Assembly: GCA_973895155.1 (NCBI GenBank)
Contig: OZ316895.1
Location: 22,952,558-23,016,557, forward strand
Length of the DNA: 64,000 nt
Direction of reading: 5' to 3'
Source of the DNA: Marsupella aquatica
Taxonomy: Eukaryota; Plantae; Marchantiophyta
Shown: in pieces, positions 1 to 12,859 of the stretch
Numbering within the stretch: position 1 is the stretch's first letter
Layout of the letters: every line of letters starts with the position of its first letter
Program-made: the position numbers and the translations under genes
The notes under the pieces: generated by a model
What the model saw: only the letters and a program-made list of their open reading frames with translations
Told to the model about the DNA's origin: nothing
Databases searched by the model: none

Positions 1-1354
1 CATTTGTCTGCTCTTAGAAGTGGAGTGCAGGACAATGTGTCAGCACCGTTTACGACACATCGCAGTCGTGGGATGAAATCAATGTAGAGTATCCACTGAA
101 CGATTTGGGTTTGGATCATCGCAGATTTAATTGCTTCTCTTCCTTTCCCAAGGACAGCAGCTTATGATTATCAAATCTCTTTATAGGACCGATGATGTCG
201 CGATAAGTATGCTTCTAGATGAAGCTGAAAGTTCTTGCCAATGGGATGTCTACTGCAGTTTTCTAGATGCTTCTAGATCAAGCTGAAAGTTTTGATGTCT
301 ACTGCAGTTTTCTGCCACGTGACCTCCTTACCTAATTTTGCGTTACGTGTTCCTACTTTGTCGGGTTTAACTAACTTACCTGTTGTGGTCGGTTTTGGAG
401 GACATGATCTTCATTGCTGGTCGGGACTCCAGGGCTTGTTGTTCAGTTGTATGAGGGTGCATGTTCTGAGAAATCGATAATTTCAATTAGGATAAGTTTA
501 CTGTCTGGAGCTCTCTCCCTGCAATCGACGAATACTCCTTTTCTTCGGTGAAGTATTCTTTTCTCTTTCCTAAAGTTCCCGGGCAGTGACAAAATGATGA
601 CAAAATGATGTTCAAAGATAAAAGTTTTAATAACACATACAGCAATGCTGCAGGTTGCCAGCTCCTGGGGGCAAAGTTGTGAGCATATGGCACTTGCCCA
701 ATGGAAATACATGCATCTGTATGAAACATTGGTCGCCGATCAGTTAGGTGATGCCTCTATGATTATTAGGATACTAAGTAACCTTAGTGAACACAAGAAT
801 GCCCGGTTCGGGCCTTAAAGTCGGTGTTCCTGCAAAAATTATTGATTTAGATCTCACCCCAGTAATTTCTCTGTAGTTCCATCTCTGGTTACATCCATTG
901 CATTGCAAAGGGGCACAATACACAATGCCATATATCCTCCTCGATTTATGTGAAGGTGGAGAAACAAGGTCTATGCATCAAGATGTTCGTCAGGCTCCAG
1001 AGCCAGCTGCTTTGATTGGAAGTAGAAAGAAGCAGCCATCAAAGGGTGTCATAGGATTTTGTGCTCTGTCGCTCCATAGTCGACTACCAAGTAAAGTGCA
1101 CCCACCATTCAGGAGTGTACTCTCCCCTTCTAATTCTTAAGGCTGCCCAAGTTAAATGTTGTTTCGATTTACATTTCTCCCGATACCTGATTCATTCAGG
1201 GATCTGTAACTTGTTGCGAACCTTTTGCCGGTGAAGTCACCGTCCAAAAATGTCGGTAAGCACCATTGAAGCGAAAATTCTCCCCTTCGTTTCTACATAC
1301 GCATGAATCAATCGGTCACAACTAAGAATATGACGGCGTGTTCCTCGTAATGGA

Positions 1355-2299
1355 CTAGTGGAATGAAGTGTCGTCGCTTTTCACGGTGGCCGTCACCATG
1401 CCAGTGTTACCGAAGAACAAAGGCAATTGCATACGCTCGGGGGCTGATGTGTAGCTACCATCGACCACCAAATTATGCCCGCTAACATATTTGGATTCAT
1501 CACTGGCAAGGAACAATGCAACGTTCGCAATGTCCTGTGCTGTAGTGACGGTGCTTCGGAGCCCTACTGGCCCTTGGTCGCGGCTGATCAACTCGAGAGG
1601 GACATCTCCGTTGCGCCTCCCATCGCTTGTGGTGGCCTTCACTTTCTCTGCTGTGACAAGAGCAGAAGGGGTGGGCTTGTATCCTGCCAGAGAGTTAGCG
1701 CTCTTGAACAACATTGGCGTGATGACGGCAGCTGGAGATATGGCATTCACTCTGATCTGGTAAGAGCGCAGCTCGGCGGCAGCAGATTTTGTCAAGCCCA
1801 CCAACGCATGCTTGCAAGTAGTGTAACAATGCGGAGCGAATCCTGCCAAGACAGAAGCCACACTAGCTGTGTTGATGATGGACCCGCCTCTTTCTGCGGC
1901 CCTCATGATTCTCGTGGCGTGCTTGATACCCAGAAAGTAGGACTTGATCAAGACTTGCACCGTGCGGTCCCAATCGTCTCCTTCAATCTTCTCAATGGGG
2001 CCGATGACGCCCAAAATTCCGGCATTGTTGTGCAGGATGTCAAGGCCTCCGAAAGCGCTGACGCTCAAGTCCAGGGCTGCAGCGAATTGCGCCTCGTTCG
2101 TTACATCGCAGTGCACGTAGCGAGCAAATTCATCTCCTCCCAACTCCTCCACCAATTGAAGCCCCGGACCGTCCTGGATGTCTGCCACTACCACTTTTGC
2201 CCCGTTCGCAATAAATGTCCTCACCGTAGCCTCCCCAATGCCGCTGGCCCCTCCCGTTACTAAAGCCACCTTGCCCTCCAACCTGCGAGCGAATTCCAT
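1355..2299 (-). CDS. Short-chain dehydrogenase/reductase, SDR110C-like (ABA2/secoisolariciresinol dehydrogenase/Tasselseed2 group), single exon, 314 aa
   Basis: ATG-to-stop ORF with TGGASGIG Rossmann motif, HCDV, NNAG, catalytic Ser (NTAS), YTTCK (YxxxK), IRVNAISP and SGHNLVVDG. Confidence 0.93.
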   Translation of the reverse strand: MEFARRLEGKVALVTGGASGIGEATVRTFIANGAKVVVADIQDGPGLQLVEELGGDEFARYVHCDVTNEAQFAAALDLSVSAFGGLDILHNNAGILGVIGPIEKIEGDDWDRTVQVLIKSYFLGIKHATRIMRAAERGGSIINTASVASVLAGFAPHCYTTCKHALVGLTKSAAAELRSYQIRVNAISPAAVITPMLFKSANSLAGYKPTPSALVTAEKVKATTSDGRRNGDVPLELISRDQGPVGLRSTVTTAQDIANVALFLASDESKYVSGHNLVVDGSYTSAPERMQLPLFFGNTGMVTATVKSDDTSFH

Positions 2300-3364
2300 C
2301 CTCGTGACCTCAACTCAATGCCACCAGCAGTACTAAGAAACCCTCCAATTCAATTCCAAACACCTGCTGAGCCGTTGACTGTAAACAATCGAGGTTTTTT
2401 TTTAAAGAATTTTGACGGAATTCTACCTCCTAGACCAACTGTTACTCGAGCTCGTTGCTCGGGCTTCACTGGCGGCAGTACGCTACGCAACTAAAATCAC
2501 CAAAACCATGAACCCCCCTCCACCTCCTTCGATTTAGAGTGCTTAGACTTGCAGTCGTCTCTCGTCTCCTCAGCTCTGCTCAGCTCTGGTCAGCTCTGCT
2601 CTGCTCTGCTCCCACACTACAAACCACCACATCCGTCCACACTTCGACCAAACTCGTGCAATTCGGCTGTCCCAGTTCAGTTTCTCCAGCTCCGCTTTAC
2701 AGTACCTCCAATTCTCTGCTTGGCTAACTCTGGCTGAACCACCCTTCGATTCAGCATGACTTGAGACTGTTCGTCCTTCCGTGGCTCTCTTCACGCACGT
2801 GAAATCGCCACACCCATCCACTCTTCCATCGAACTTCATGCAATTCGCTTTGCGTTCATCACTTTCACCAGCTTCCTCTCAGCTCACGCTGAAAGTGAGG
2901 AACCATTCTCATCATGGCTGTCTGGCTGACGAGAAGGAAGTGACCAACAATTCCTACAGAACTACAGAAGAATCTATCCCTACAGATGTCCCTATGGCGC
3001 CAGTTCCTACGCCTGTACATACTAGAGACCCCATAGCCTGCTAGCGTTTGTATTCCCACCTTGGGGTAAGTGCGAATCGAATTTAGTCCACCAATTGCAA
3101 CACTGTTTCCTGCCACCAGGCACAGAGCCGGAATTGACTGACTTCCACAGTTCCACGGAAAAGCTGGCGGCCGAGAAGAACCTGGACTGTGCTGGAGACC
3201 GACATCTCCGCTGCATTCGATCAGCGCCTCATCGATTGGTTCCACAAAAATAATCCCTCCCAAGTCCCGACAGACGTGGCCCCAACACGATTTCGGTCCT
3301 CCCAACACCTTCGACCTAAACCCAAACCAAATTGAGACGATGTAATAATAGAGCAGAACCTCGA

Positions 3365-4175
3365 CATCATTAGGGCGTCAGACATCATTACGGGTCTCAA
3401 AGCTTCATTAGGGCGTCAGCCATTATGAGGGGTCTCATTAGAAAGTCTCAAAGGTTTGAAAATTATTCAGCACACAGCGTCTCAAAACTTGGAAAATTAT
3501 TCAGCAGACATCACTAGGGAGTTTCAAAGCTTGGAAAATTATTCAGCAGACATCACTAGGGGTCTCAAAGCTTCAATAGTGAGTCTAAAAGTTTTAGGGT
3601 TATTCAGCAGACATCAACTAGTAGGGCATCTCAAAGCTTCATTAGTACCTCTCAAAGCTTTAGGGCATCTCAAAGCTAGGAAAACTATTCAGCAGACATC
3701 ACTAGGGCCGCTCAAAGCTTCATTAGTGCATCTCAAAGCCTTAGGGTTATTCAGCAGACATCATTAGGGTATCTCAAAGTTTCATTAGTGTGTCTCAAAG
3801 CTTTAGGACGTCTCAAAGCTTGGAAAATTATTTAGCAGACATCACTAGGGTGTCTCAAAGCTTCATTAGTGCGTCTCAAAGGCTTAGGGCTATTTAGCAG
3901 ACATCATTAGGGTATCTCAAAGCTTCATTAGTGCATCTCAGAGTTTTAGGGCATCGCAAAGCTAGGAAAATTATTCAGCAAACATCACTAGGGGTCTCAA
4001 AGCTTCATTAGTGCGTCTCAAAGCTTTAGGGCTATTCAGCAGACATAATTAGGGCATCTCAAAGCTTCACTAGTGCCTCTCAAAGCTTTAGGGCGTCTCA
4101 AAGCTTGGAAAATTATTCAGCAAACATCATTAGGGTGTCTCAAAGCTTCATTAGGGCATCTTAAAGGTTGGAAAA
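3365..4175. repeat. Tandem satellite of ~20-25-nt TCTCAAAGCTT-containing monomers with a ~140-bp higher-order period
   Basis: Recurrent tctcaaagcttcattag, ttattcagcagacatca and ctaggg blocks; cactaggg recurs near 3700, 3843 and 3986. Confidence 0.85.
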
Positions 4176-4829
4176 ACATTCTGCACGAGAGTCAATCTTG
4201 AGGCTCATTAAGAGCCTTGAGTACATAGCTGCCCTAGCCTGTTGCCTGGCCCTTTACATTTTTTTATTTTTTCTTTCACCAGCCTCTATAGTGACTAATG
4301 GTTATGGCATAAGACCAATTCTTATAGCAAAAACTTATGGACTACAAAATAACCCATAACTAGATAGTTGAGGTACATCAAATTGTGAGCGTTGAGAGGC
4401 CCATTCATGAAACAATCATAAGAAAAGCTTCACAAGTAAAGGTAAAGCTCATCAGGTGTGGGATTGCTTGCAAGCTCCTGCCTGTATGCTAAGAATGATA
4501 TGTAAGAATGGCAGTGGTAGCGGAGGAGTTGAGGTGCACTGAGAAAGAGGAGGATATAGTATGAGTAATTTTAGGGTAGCCGCCAGGGTGGTGGGAATAA
4601 TGTGAAGACTATGGTAGATAGCCTTAATCTTTATAAGTTTTTAACTGATCACAGTTTTTATGTAAGGTAATGTTAAAAGCTTACTATTCTTAGTATACTA
4701 AGATGTACCTAGAATTTACGTAGACTCCGTGTAACATCATGTTGAGACAATACAATTTTCTTTATAATTTATCTTTTCACTTTTATCCATATGGGTCCTA
4801 GACCACTGATTACTGTGGCCACCATAAAA

Positions 4830-5634
4830 TCAAAAACTATAATAAGAAGTTGAATGCGCATTTTTTCAAAGTGGTCGTCATTCAAATTTGGCCAGTCTTT
4901 TTGAGTGAAAGAAAAGTGAACTGGAAAAAGAGAAAGGAATAAGAAGAAAATAATTATGTTTGGTGTGAAGAGGCTTCTCCAAGCAAGAAAGGGACAAAGT
5001 CCTCCACTCTACCCTTCATGCTACACCATGCTCCTCCCTCTACATGCATACAAAGTGTTCCTCCCTCTACCATCCATGCCATACTATGCTTCATGCCATA
5101 TCATCCATGCATAGGAAGTGCTACATCATGAGAGTAGTTTAATTGCAAATATTACATAATCAATAAAATAGTGCACAATCTAATCAATGAGACAAAGATG
5201 AGACAAAAAAAATGTGAAAAATAAGGAAAAAGAGGGGGGGCGGGGTGGGCGGACGGGAGGTTGAAAAAAATGATTAAAAAAAAATCATTCTCATTTTGTT
5301 GTACTTTGGTGGTCGTTGTCGCCTCTCTTTTGTGTCATGACATCTTTCACTTGACAATTTTTTTTACACGATGAGATATTTCTAACAAATATATATTTTG
5401 CAACATGATATTTTTTGAGTATATCTTTAGCACAACTTCACCTATTATGCATTGACATGTTTTGCTGAACAATATCTTTTAGTAAACTACATCTTTTGCG
5501 GAACAACATATTTTACTTAACAATATCTTTTGAGCGACCGCATATTTTAGTTAATGACATCTTTTATTTGACATCTTAAATGCAACGGCATGTTTACACA
5601 ACAATATCTTTGGTGCAACCCATGGGGATCCAAG
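4830..5634 (+). mobile_element. Degenerate non-autonomous Helitron-like element
   Basis: The 5' end a|tcaaaaactataataagaagttg...gtggtcgtcattcaaatttgg is shared with the element at ~24730. It has the same internal acatctttt low-complexity repeats and a decayed 3' motif gtgcaacccatgggg. Confidence 0.45.
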
Positions 5635-5809
5635 ATGTTTATCCAAAGATTTAGATAATCAACTAGCCCCATGCCTGTGCGTTACACAAAAGATGTTTAG
5701 GTGAAGAAAATATTTCAAAGTGAAAAAAGATATCAAGGTGAAGAAAATAAATTGAGGTGAGAAAAGATGTTAAGGAGAGAAAGATGTCAAGGAGAGAAAA
5801 GATGGCAAG

Positions 5810-7301
5810 GAGTCGCGGAACTCGACTACCTTAACACTTAGCTCCGGCGTTGTTGACTCCGACACCGAGCTCCCTTATGGTCCAGGCCCGGATAGGCCAT
5901 CCGGGGAGGACTTAGCATTGGGAGACTTGTGGGCAATGAGACGTGGCACTAGCGAGGCAAGGGGCCAAGCTGGGGACACACACTAAGGACTTGGACTAGC
6001 CTATGGCTGGTCGGGTCAAGGGCAAATGGGCCGGGCTCAAGGATGGTCGTCCGGACCGTCGGATGGGCTTTGAGTTCTGAGGGCTTGGGAGTGAGCTCCT
6101 CTTGGGCCCAAGGCCAATGGAGTTGACGCTATTGGCAATGGACGCTTGGGGCGCAAGTTATGGCCCAATCCGGGTTGGGCCGGTCGGGGGCCCCGAGCGG
6201 CGATCAGACCTGAGGGCCTAGGCATGAGCACTGGGTCGGCCCGGTCACAACGGGCTAAGGCACTCCGCTTGCGGATGCCTATCAAGAAAGTTATGGGCGT
6301 TGCCAGTTGGTGGTGCTCCCATTATGCGCGATGGGATCCGGGTTGGGGGCCAAATGTTTAGGGACCAAAGTTGGTCCGGGGGTAGCAGGTCTCCAAAAGC
6401 AAATATGAGGGGAGTGGTGTCTCCCTGAGGGCTAAGACCGAGTCGAAGTCGTGAGTCGCGGTGGTCACGACACTAAGGGAAACCGCTAAACGGAAATGGT
6501 GATATCTTCCCAACGGGAAGTCCGTTGGAGGACTTTTTGGGTGCGTTGGAAAGCTCTTGAGGAGGGCTACGCCCTCCTGAGCTCAGATGGGGCCGGGGGT
6601 GCCATGGGTTCTCATGGTTTGCGGGTGTTAGCTCGCCCGCTTGCCAAATCCTGCCAAATAGTAGCCAAGCCGCGTTCAGCCTCCCAAGGGAGCTTCCGTT
6701 GGGGAGGCAAGGCCAAATAGGTATGGAGGCTGAGTCCCAAGGGCGCTCAGTCCCTAGACCATCAGTGGGGCGAACCGGGAGCGGTTGTTAGAGTCGGGGC
6801 CGTTCTGGTGCATGTTGAGACAAGCTTGGGACAAGCTTTAGGACAAGCTACGCTATTTGGGCCATGAGCATGTCCTGAGGTCAGGGCAGTCAGTTGGTGA
6901 TGGATACGTACGAGGGGGAACCCGGGCCACGCCCGAGGAAGGAGCTGTCCTGGACGGACAGTGGGCGTGGGTTCTGGTTCCGGCTTATGGCATCGGGAGG
7001 ACCTATCGCTGACCTATTTACCAACGTCTGTTGAGCTTGAGGTAGGATGCTAGACTTGGCGAGTTCTAGATCCGAAGGGGTTACTTACCGAGGTGCTTGG
7101 TTGCTTGTGCAGACAGTGAGGACCATTGAGTAGCGGTCGTGTAGGGGAGCAAGTGTAGCTTTGTATGGGAGGGGCCACAGGTGGTGCTAGAGGCACTTGG
7201 ATGCTTGCTCGAGGTATTTCGTGGAGGCGTTCGGGCACCAAGGGCACTTAGGCGCAAGTGTTGGGATTGGTGAGGGCGCTGGGTGGCGAGGTCCACCACT
7301 C
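5810..7301 (+). mobile_element. Non-autonomous TIR DNA transposon, copy A (1492 bp)
   Basis: Imperfect TIRs gagtcgcggaactcg / cgaggtccaccactc and a 3-bp TSD AAG (5807-5809, 7302-7304). No transposase ORF. Confidence 0.75.
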
Positions 7302-7752
7302 AAGGTGAGAAAAAGATGTAAGGTGAGGAAAATATGTTAAGGAGAGAAAATTATGTTGTGATGATATAAAGATATCAAGGTGAGAAAAAGATGGCGAGAT
7401 GAGAAAATATAAAACGTCACGGTGAGAAAAATGTCAAGGAAAGAAAATGATGTTGAAAAGTGCAAAAGAAGCCGAGGTGAGAAAAAGATGTCGAGCTGAT
7501 TGAAAGATGTCAAGACAAGAAAATGATGTTAGAAGAGATGATTGTTGAGGAGAGAAAAGACTGATGCTGTGATGAGATGAGATAAAGATATCAAAGGTGA
7601 CAAAAAGATGGTGAGATGAGAAACAGATAAAATATCATGGTGAGAAAAAATGTCAAGGAGAGAAAATGATGTTGATGAGTGCAAAAGAAGTCGGGGGAGA
7701 AAGATGTCAAGCTGAGAAAAAGATGTCAAGACAAGAAAATGGTGTTGAGGTT

Positions 7753-9549
7753 AAGTGGTGGACCTTGCCACCCAGCGCCCTCACCAATCCCAGCACCCAC
7801 GCCTAAGTGTTCCTGGTGCCCGAACGTCTCCACGGATTACCTTGATCAAGTAACCTAGTGCCCCTTGCACCACCAGCGACCCCTCCCATACGAAGCCGCA
7901 CTTGCTCTCCAACACGACCGCTACTCAACGGTCCTCATTGTATGCACAAGCAACCAAGCGTCTCTGTAAGTAACCCTTCAGGATCTAGAACTCCCCAAAT
8001 CTAGCATCCTAACTCAAGCTCAACAGACATTGGTAAGTAGGTCAACAATAGGTCCTCCCGATGCCATAAGCCGGAATCGGAACCCACGCCCATTGTTTGT
8101 CCATAACAACTTCTTCCATGGGCGCGGCCCAGGTTTCCCCTTGTACCTATCCATCACCAACTGACCGCCCTGACCCCAGGACATGCTCATGGCCCAAATA
8201 GCGTAGCTTGTCCCAACACATCGAGACCAGAATGGCCCCGACTCCAGCAACCAACTACCGGATCGCCCCATTGATGGTCTAGGGGCCAAGCACCCTAGGA
8301 ACTCAACCTCCACGCCTACTTGGCCTTGCCTCCCCAACACAAGCTCCCTTGGAAGATTGAACGCGGTTTGGCTGTTGTTTCGGCAGAAGGCAAAAGGGTG
8401 AGCTAACACCCGCAAACCTCAAGAACCTATGGTGCCCCAGATCTAGTTGAGCTCAAGAGGATGTAGTCCTCCACAAGAGCTTTCCAACGCACCCAAGAAG
8501 TCCTTTAACGGACTTCCCGTTGGGAAGTTATCGCCGTTTCTGTTTGGCATTTTTCCTTAGTGTCGTGACCGCCGCGACTCACGACTTCGGCTCGCCCTTA
8601 GCCCCCAGGGAGATACCACTCCCCTCATATATGCTTATGGAGACCTGCCACCCTTGGACCAACTTTGGTCCTCAAACTTTTGGTCCACAACCCGGATCCT
8701 CTCCTGCATGTCTGGGCACGCCACCAACTGGCAACGCCCATAACTTCCTAGTTAGGCGTCCGCAAGCGGAGTGCCTTAGGGCTAGGTTCCATAGGGCTGG
8801 GAGTAAGGAGTACGGATGCTGTCAGAATTTTTAAGCCAATAAGATTGCAGCTTTTCCAGGGACTGAGGGGTGTACAAATACTGTATCAAGGAGTATGATT
8901 TTCCCTCACACTCCCTCCTAAAATTCAGGGGTACCCCCTGCCCCTGTATAAGAACAATATAGGGCATTCTCATTGGCTCTTGAGTCAAAATTCACACATT
9001 TAAAATACTGTATACACCTTGGTATATGGTGTATTTGGGCCCTAGGGGATGTCAGAGGGAGTGACTGTACTCCCTACCCCTGGCCCATGGAACCTGGCCC
9101 TTAGCCCGTTGTGATCGGGCCGATCCAGTGTTCATGCCTAGGCCCTCAGATCTCATCGCTGCTTGGGGCACCCGATCGCCCAAACCCGGGTCGGGCCATA
9201 ACTCGAGCCCCAAGCGTCCGTTGCCCATGGCGTCAACTCCATTGGCCTTGGGCCCAAGAGGAGCTCTCACTCAAGCCCTCAGAACTCAAAGTCCGTCGGG
9301 GGGGGGGGGTCCGGATGGTCAACCTTGAGCCCGGCCCCTTGACCCGACCAGCTCTCAACTAGTCTAAGTCCTTAGTGTGTGTCACCAGCTTGGCGCCTTG
9401 CCTTCGCTAGTGCCACATCTCATTGCCCACAAGTCTCCCCATGCTAAGTCCTCCCCAGATGGCCTATCCGGGCCTGGACCATAAGGGAGCTCGGCGTCGG
9501 AGTCAGCAACGCCAGAGCTAAGTGTTAAGGTAGTCGAGTTCCGTAACTC
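7753..9549 (-). mobile_element. Non-autonomous TIR DNA transposon, copy B (inverted relative to copy A)
   Basis: Reverse-complement homolog of 5810-7301 along its length, with its own 3-bp TSD GTT (7750-7752, 9550-9552). It contains a nested MITE. Confidence 0.75.
8779..9100. mobile_element. PIF/Harbinger (Tourist-like) MITE
   Basis: TIRs gggctaggttccat / atggaacctggccc and TTA TSD (8776-8778, 9101-9103). The empty site gtgccttagcccgtt is seen in copy A. Confidence 0.85.
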
Positions 9550-11516
9550 GTTAGGAAAAGATGATTGTTGAGGAGAGTTCTAAAGGACTGATGTTGTGAT
9601 GAGATAAAGATATCAATGTGAGAAAATTATAAGGCAAGACAAGAAAATAAAGGTTTTGCAATGTAATTATCGAGACATGTTACATGTGATCCTGACGATA
9701 CAGTTGTTGTGGACGCGTTCAATTCCTGTATATTGCAAAAAGATCTCCATGTCATAAAGTTATTCTTGCAAAAGTGATAAGGGACACATTCACAGAACCC
9801 TGGGTGGAGGGTGACATCCCCCTCTTCCTCTTCCTCATGGCCTCCTCTCCCCCTTTCTCTTGGGCTGCCCCTCCCTTCTCCCCCCCCCCTCCTTAAAAAA
9901 AACCACAATTAAAGACAAGGGTGTCCCTTTTCTCCTCCTTTTTCCCTTGTATTGTCTTATTATTATTTTCTTTAATTTCACCTTCCTTTGCTTCAATTTG
10001 TCTCATCCCCTATTTTGTACTTATGGGAGGGTATATACTATTCATCCCTTGGGACCCTTCACTCATGGGTGCATAATTAATTACTCTCACTACTTTGAAC
10101 TTTATGTCTCCTAGTCCCTCATAATGGTGTCCCAAGTGCCTCCATCCCAATGACAAAACATGGCACTCATATACAACTTATGCCATGATGCCCCTGGTAC
10201 AGGATCTTCCAGTACACCAAAATACTATGTCTTGTTGGTTTTGGGTTAGGGATATTATTTTTTGACTAATGAAAGGCTAGGATAAAAGAGCTTATAAATC
10301 CAATGGTCATGGAATGTTCACTCCAAAAATGATTTTGTAAAGGAAGGACCCACCATTTGTGGGCGGATAGGGTATTGCAGTAGTAAGAAGATGGTGAAAA
10401 GAGCTAGAGTTGGGGTCTAAAATTCTAGAGTGACAGTGACTCTAGGACCCCACCAAAATTTATAAAGAACATGGGATGTTATGCATGACAAATGATGATC
10501 ATGCATATTATGATTTTTGTCATGTCTTTGTTAATATTCCAAGAATGGGCATTCGGGTTACAGCACATTAAATCTACGTCAAAGGTACATCCAGAACATA
10601 AACCAAGACATATGTTGTTGAAATCACTTGGTTTGTAGATCATACATATAGTGTATTGGTTTATGTTTTGGTGTATGGACCACATTAACTTGACGTAGAT
10701 TTAACACGCGGTATTCGGGTTGGTAGATATGAAGCTGAAAGGTCTTGCCATCAATTGGAGTCGGAAGTGTTGATGATCTACTGGAGTAATGCATCCCGCC
10801 ACCTGCTCACCTAATTTTGGTTACATGCGGCTACTTTGTTGGGTTTGATTTAGCCCTGCCAGTAATCACACATCAAAATGTGGTAACATGACGGTGTGTA
10901 CTCATTGTTTTAAAGAAAAGAATGAAGTTTATCATGGTATTAGAGGGATGTCCTACACCTTGTATGTCCTTGACTTAGGGGGGCTTTACAAGATAGTGGG
11001 GGCCATTCAGTGTCTTTCCATGTCTCTCCATCCAAAGCAAAGCTAATGGCCATTTTTTTCCATGAAAGCTTAAAAGCATGAGCCCAAACGTGTCAGGTCT
11101 GGAAGTAATCGATGCAATTTCCCTGAAAAGAAGCAGCCATTTACTCCAGGTTTTTAGACCACCTCAAGACAAGGTCTAAGTTTTTGACCAAAATGCTTGC
11201 GCACATCAGGAATAAAAGGGACCCACTGACAGATGACTAGGTTCCCTAATACTTTTGCTTGATTGTGCCCCCAAGTTCATGTAAAATGAAGTTGGGCCAG
11301 TTCCCACATATGAATGGCTAGGATTACATCTCTCACTTAGAAAAAAAGGAATTGCTGCCCCCAAGTTCTTGTAAAGCCACGCTTTGGAGGACACGATCTC
11401 TGTCCATCCGTTTTGCTCAGGAATGGCCGGTTCAGGCAAGGGAAGAGCATTGACAGGTTTGTACTTGATAAAATGTTGGATATTATTAGGGTACCTCAAA
11501 GTTTGGAAATAAAGTA

Positions 11517-12716
11517 GAGATATATGCTTGATGGGTCCCCTGGTGAAACTTGTTTACCTGATGGGCCCCCATGAAATGTTTTTTACTAAGTGGGACCCCT
11601 CTTAATGACCCATACACCTATTCTTGTGCGGTGCCTACTATGTACAGTTAACCACACCTATTGCCTTGTAGTGCACTGTGCTCTCAGGCCCAGTCCACTA
11701 CGCTTGTCGTCGCAGTCTACAGCGCCTAATCCATCACATGGGTCGCCATAGTCTACTGCAGTTCATCGAAACGGGCAACAATGCCATACCGCAGGATTTG
11801 ACGGGTTAATGCTTGAAGACACAATGGATTACGTCTTCCAATGTTTCAAGGTTAGGGGTTAAAGTGTACCCGGACATCTTTGTGTCTGTCTTTTTTGGAA
11901 TTGTTTGTATGCATTGTGCAGGGGAGTATTGCCATTTTTCGAGTGCATTTGTTTATCATTGTCGATTTTTGTCATGGCGGCAGTGGGGGAATTCCGAACA
12001 TTGAACTTGAATATTCACTGTGGACATTTGGAGGTACTCTGCACTGATGTTGACAATCGTGCATGAAAACATCATGAAAATCCCATGTGCACCGCGTGAA
12101 AAGCATACCTAATGACTACCCCGCGAGACGGTAAAAATTTGAACCAGAAGACATAATTCATATTGTATTCAAGTCGCGGTTTGGGCAGCGGCAGGTGCTA
12201 TTTGCGGTTCTCCCACATCATCTCTGCGGTTTCACCTGTTTCTCCCACATATTTATTCGACTATGCAGGGGTGGCCTCCCGCATGGTCCAACAATCACAA
12301 AAAAACCTGTACAAGCAAACCTAATGACTACCCCGCAGTCGGTCAAATTTTGAATCCGAAGACATAATGCATATTGTGTTCAAATCACAGTTTCGGCAAC
12401 GGCGGCCATTTTTGCAGTTTCTCCCAAATAATCTCCATGGTTTCTTGGTCAACCATGTAGGGTCGGTCACACGGTCCAACCATGTAGTTTGCCTGGAGTC
12501 ATGGTTGACCACGGCCTTTTTGGAAAACTTGATTGGTCACTCCATGAAGGAAAAACTTGTTATAGTGCCTGTGATAAGAACACTTGACAAAAAATACTGA
12601 CAAGGGGCCTATTAGATAGGAAAAGTCACCTAGAGGGGCCTATTAGGTAAGAAAAGTTACCTAGGGGCCTATCAGATAAGAAAGGTTCACCAAGGGGCCC
12701 ATCAAGCATATATCTC
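11517..12716. mobile_element. Non-autonomous Mutator-like element (1200 bp)
   Basis: TIRs gagatatatgcttgatggg / cccatcaagcatatatctc and a perfect 10-bp TSD AAATAAAGTA (11507-11516, 12717-12726). Internal direct repeat starts cctaatgactaccccgc (~12108, ~12320). Confidence 0.88.
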
Positions 12717-12859
12717 AAATAAAGTATGATGACATTTAGTCATAAAGAACAGGTCATAACTCTGTAAAAGTTTTTTTTGGTTTTTCTGTCACCTCTACTG
12801 TGAGTAATGGTTTTGTTTTTGTTTTTTCTTTCACCAACCTCTACAGCAACTCATGGTTT

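Larger units (their letters stand above)
5663..9625 (-). mobile_element. Helitron-like remnant carrying a gagaaaaagatgtc satellite, interrupted by two 1.5-kb TIR elements
   Basis: The minus-strand 3' end reads tgtgtaacgcacaggcatggggCTAG|t at 5663. The satellite is the reverse complement of that at 26350-27600. The 5' end was not found. Confidence 0.55.

Noticed and set aside
1475-2263. 262-aa plus-strand ORF
   Set aside because: Antisense shadow of the SDR CDS.
3365-4175. CRISPR-like periodicity
   Set aside because: The intervening sequences are themselves repeats, so there are no unique spacers. No cas genes and a eukaryotic context.
5810-9549. Single foldback element with 1.5-kb TIRs
   Set aside because: The outer flanks share no TSD, while each arm has its own TIR pair and 3-bp TSD.
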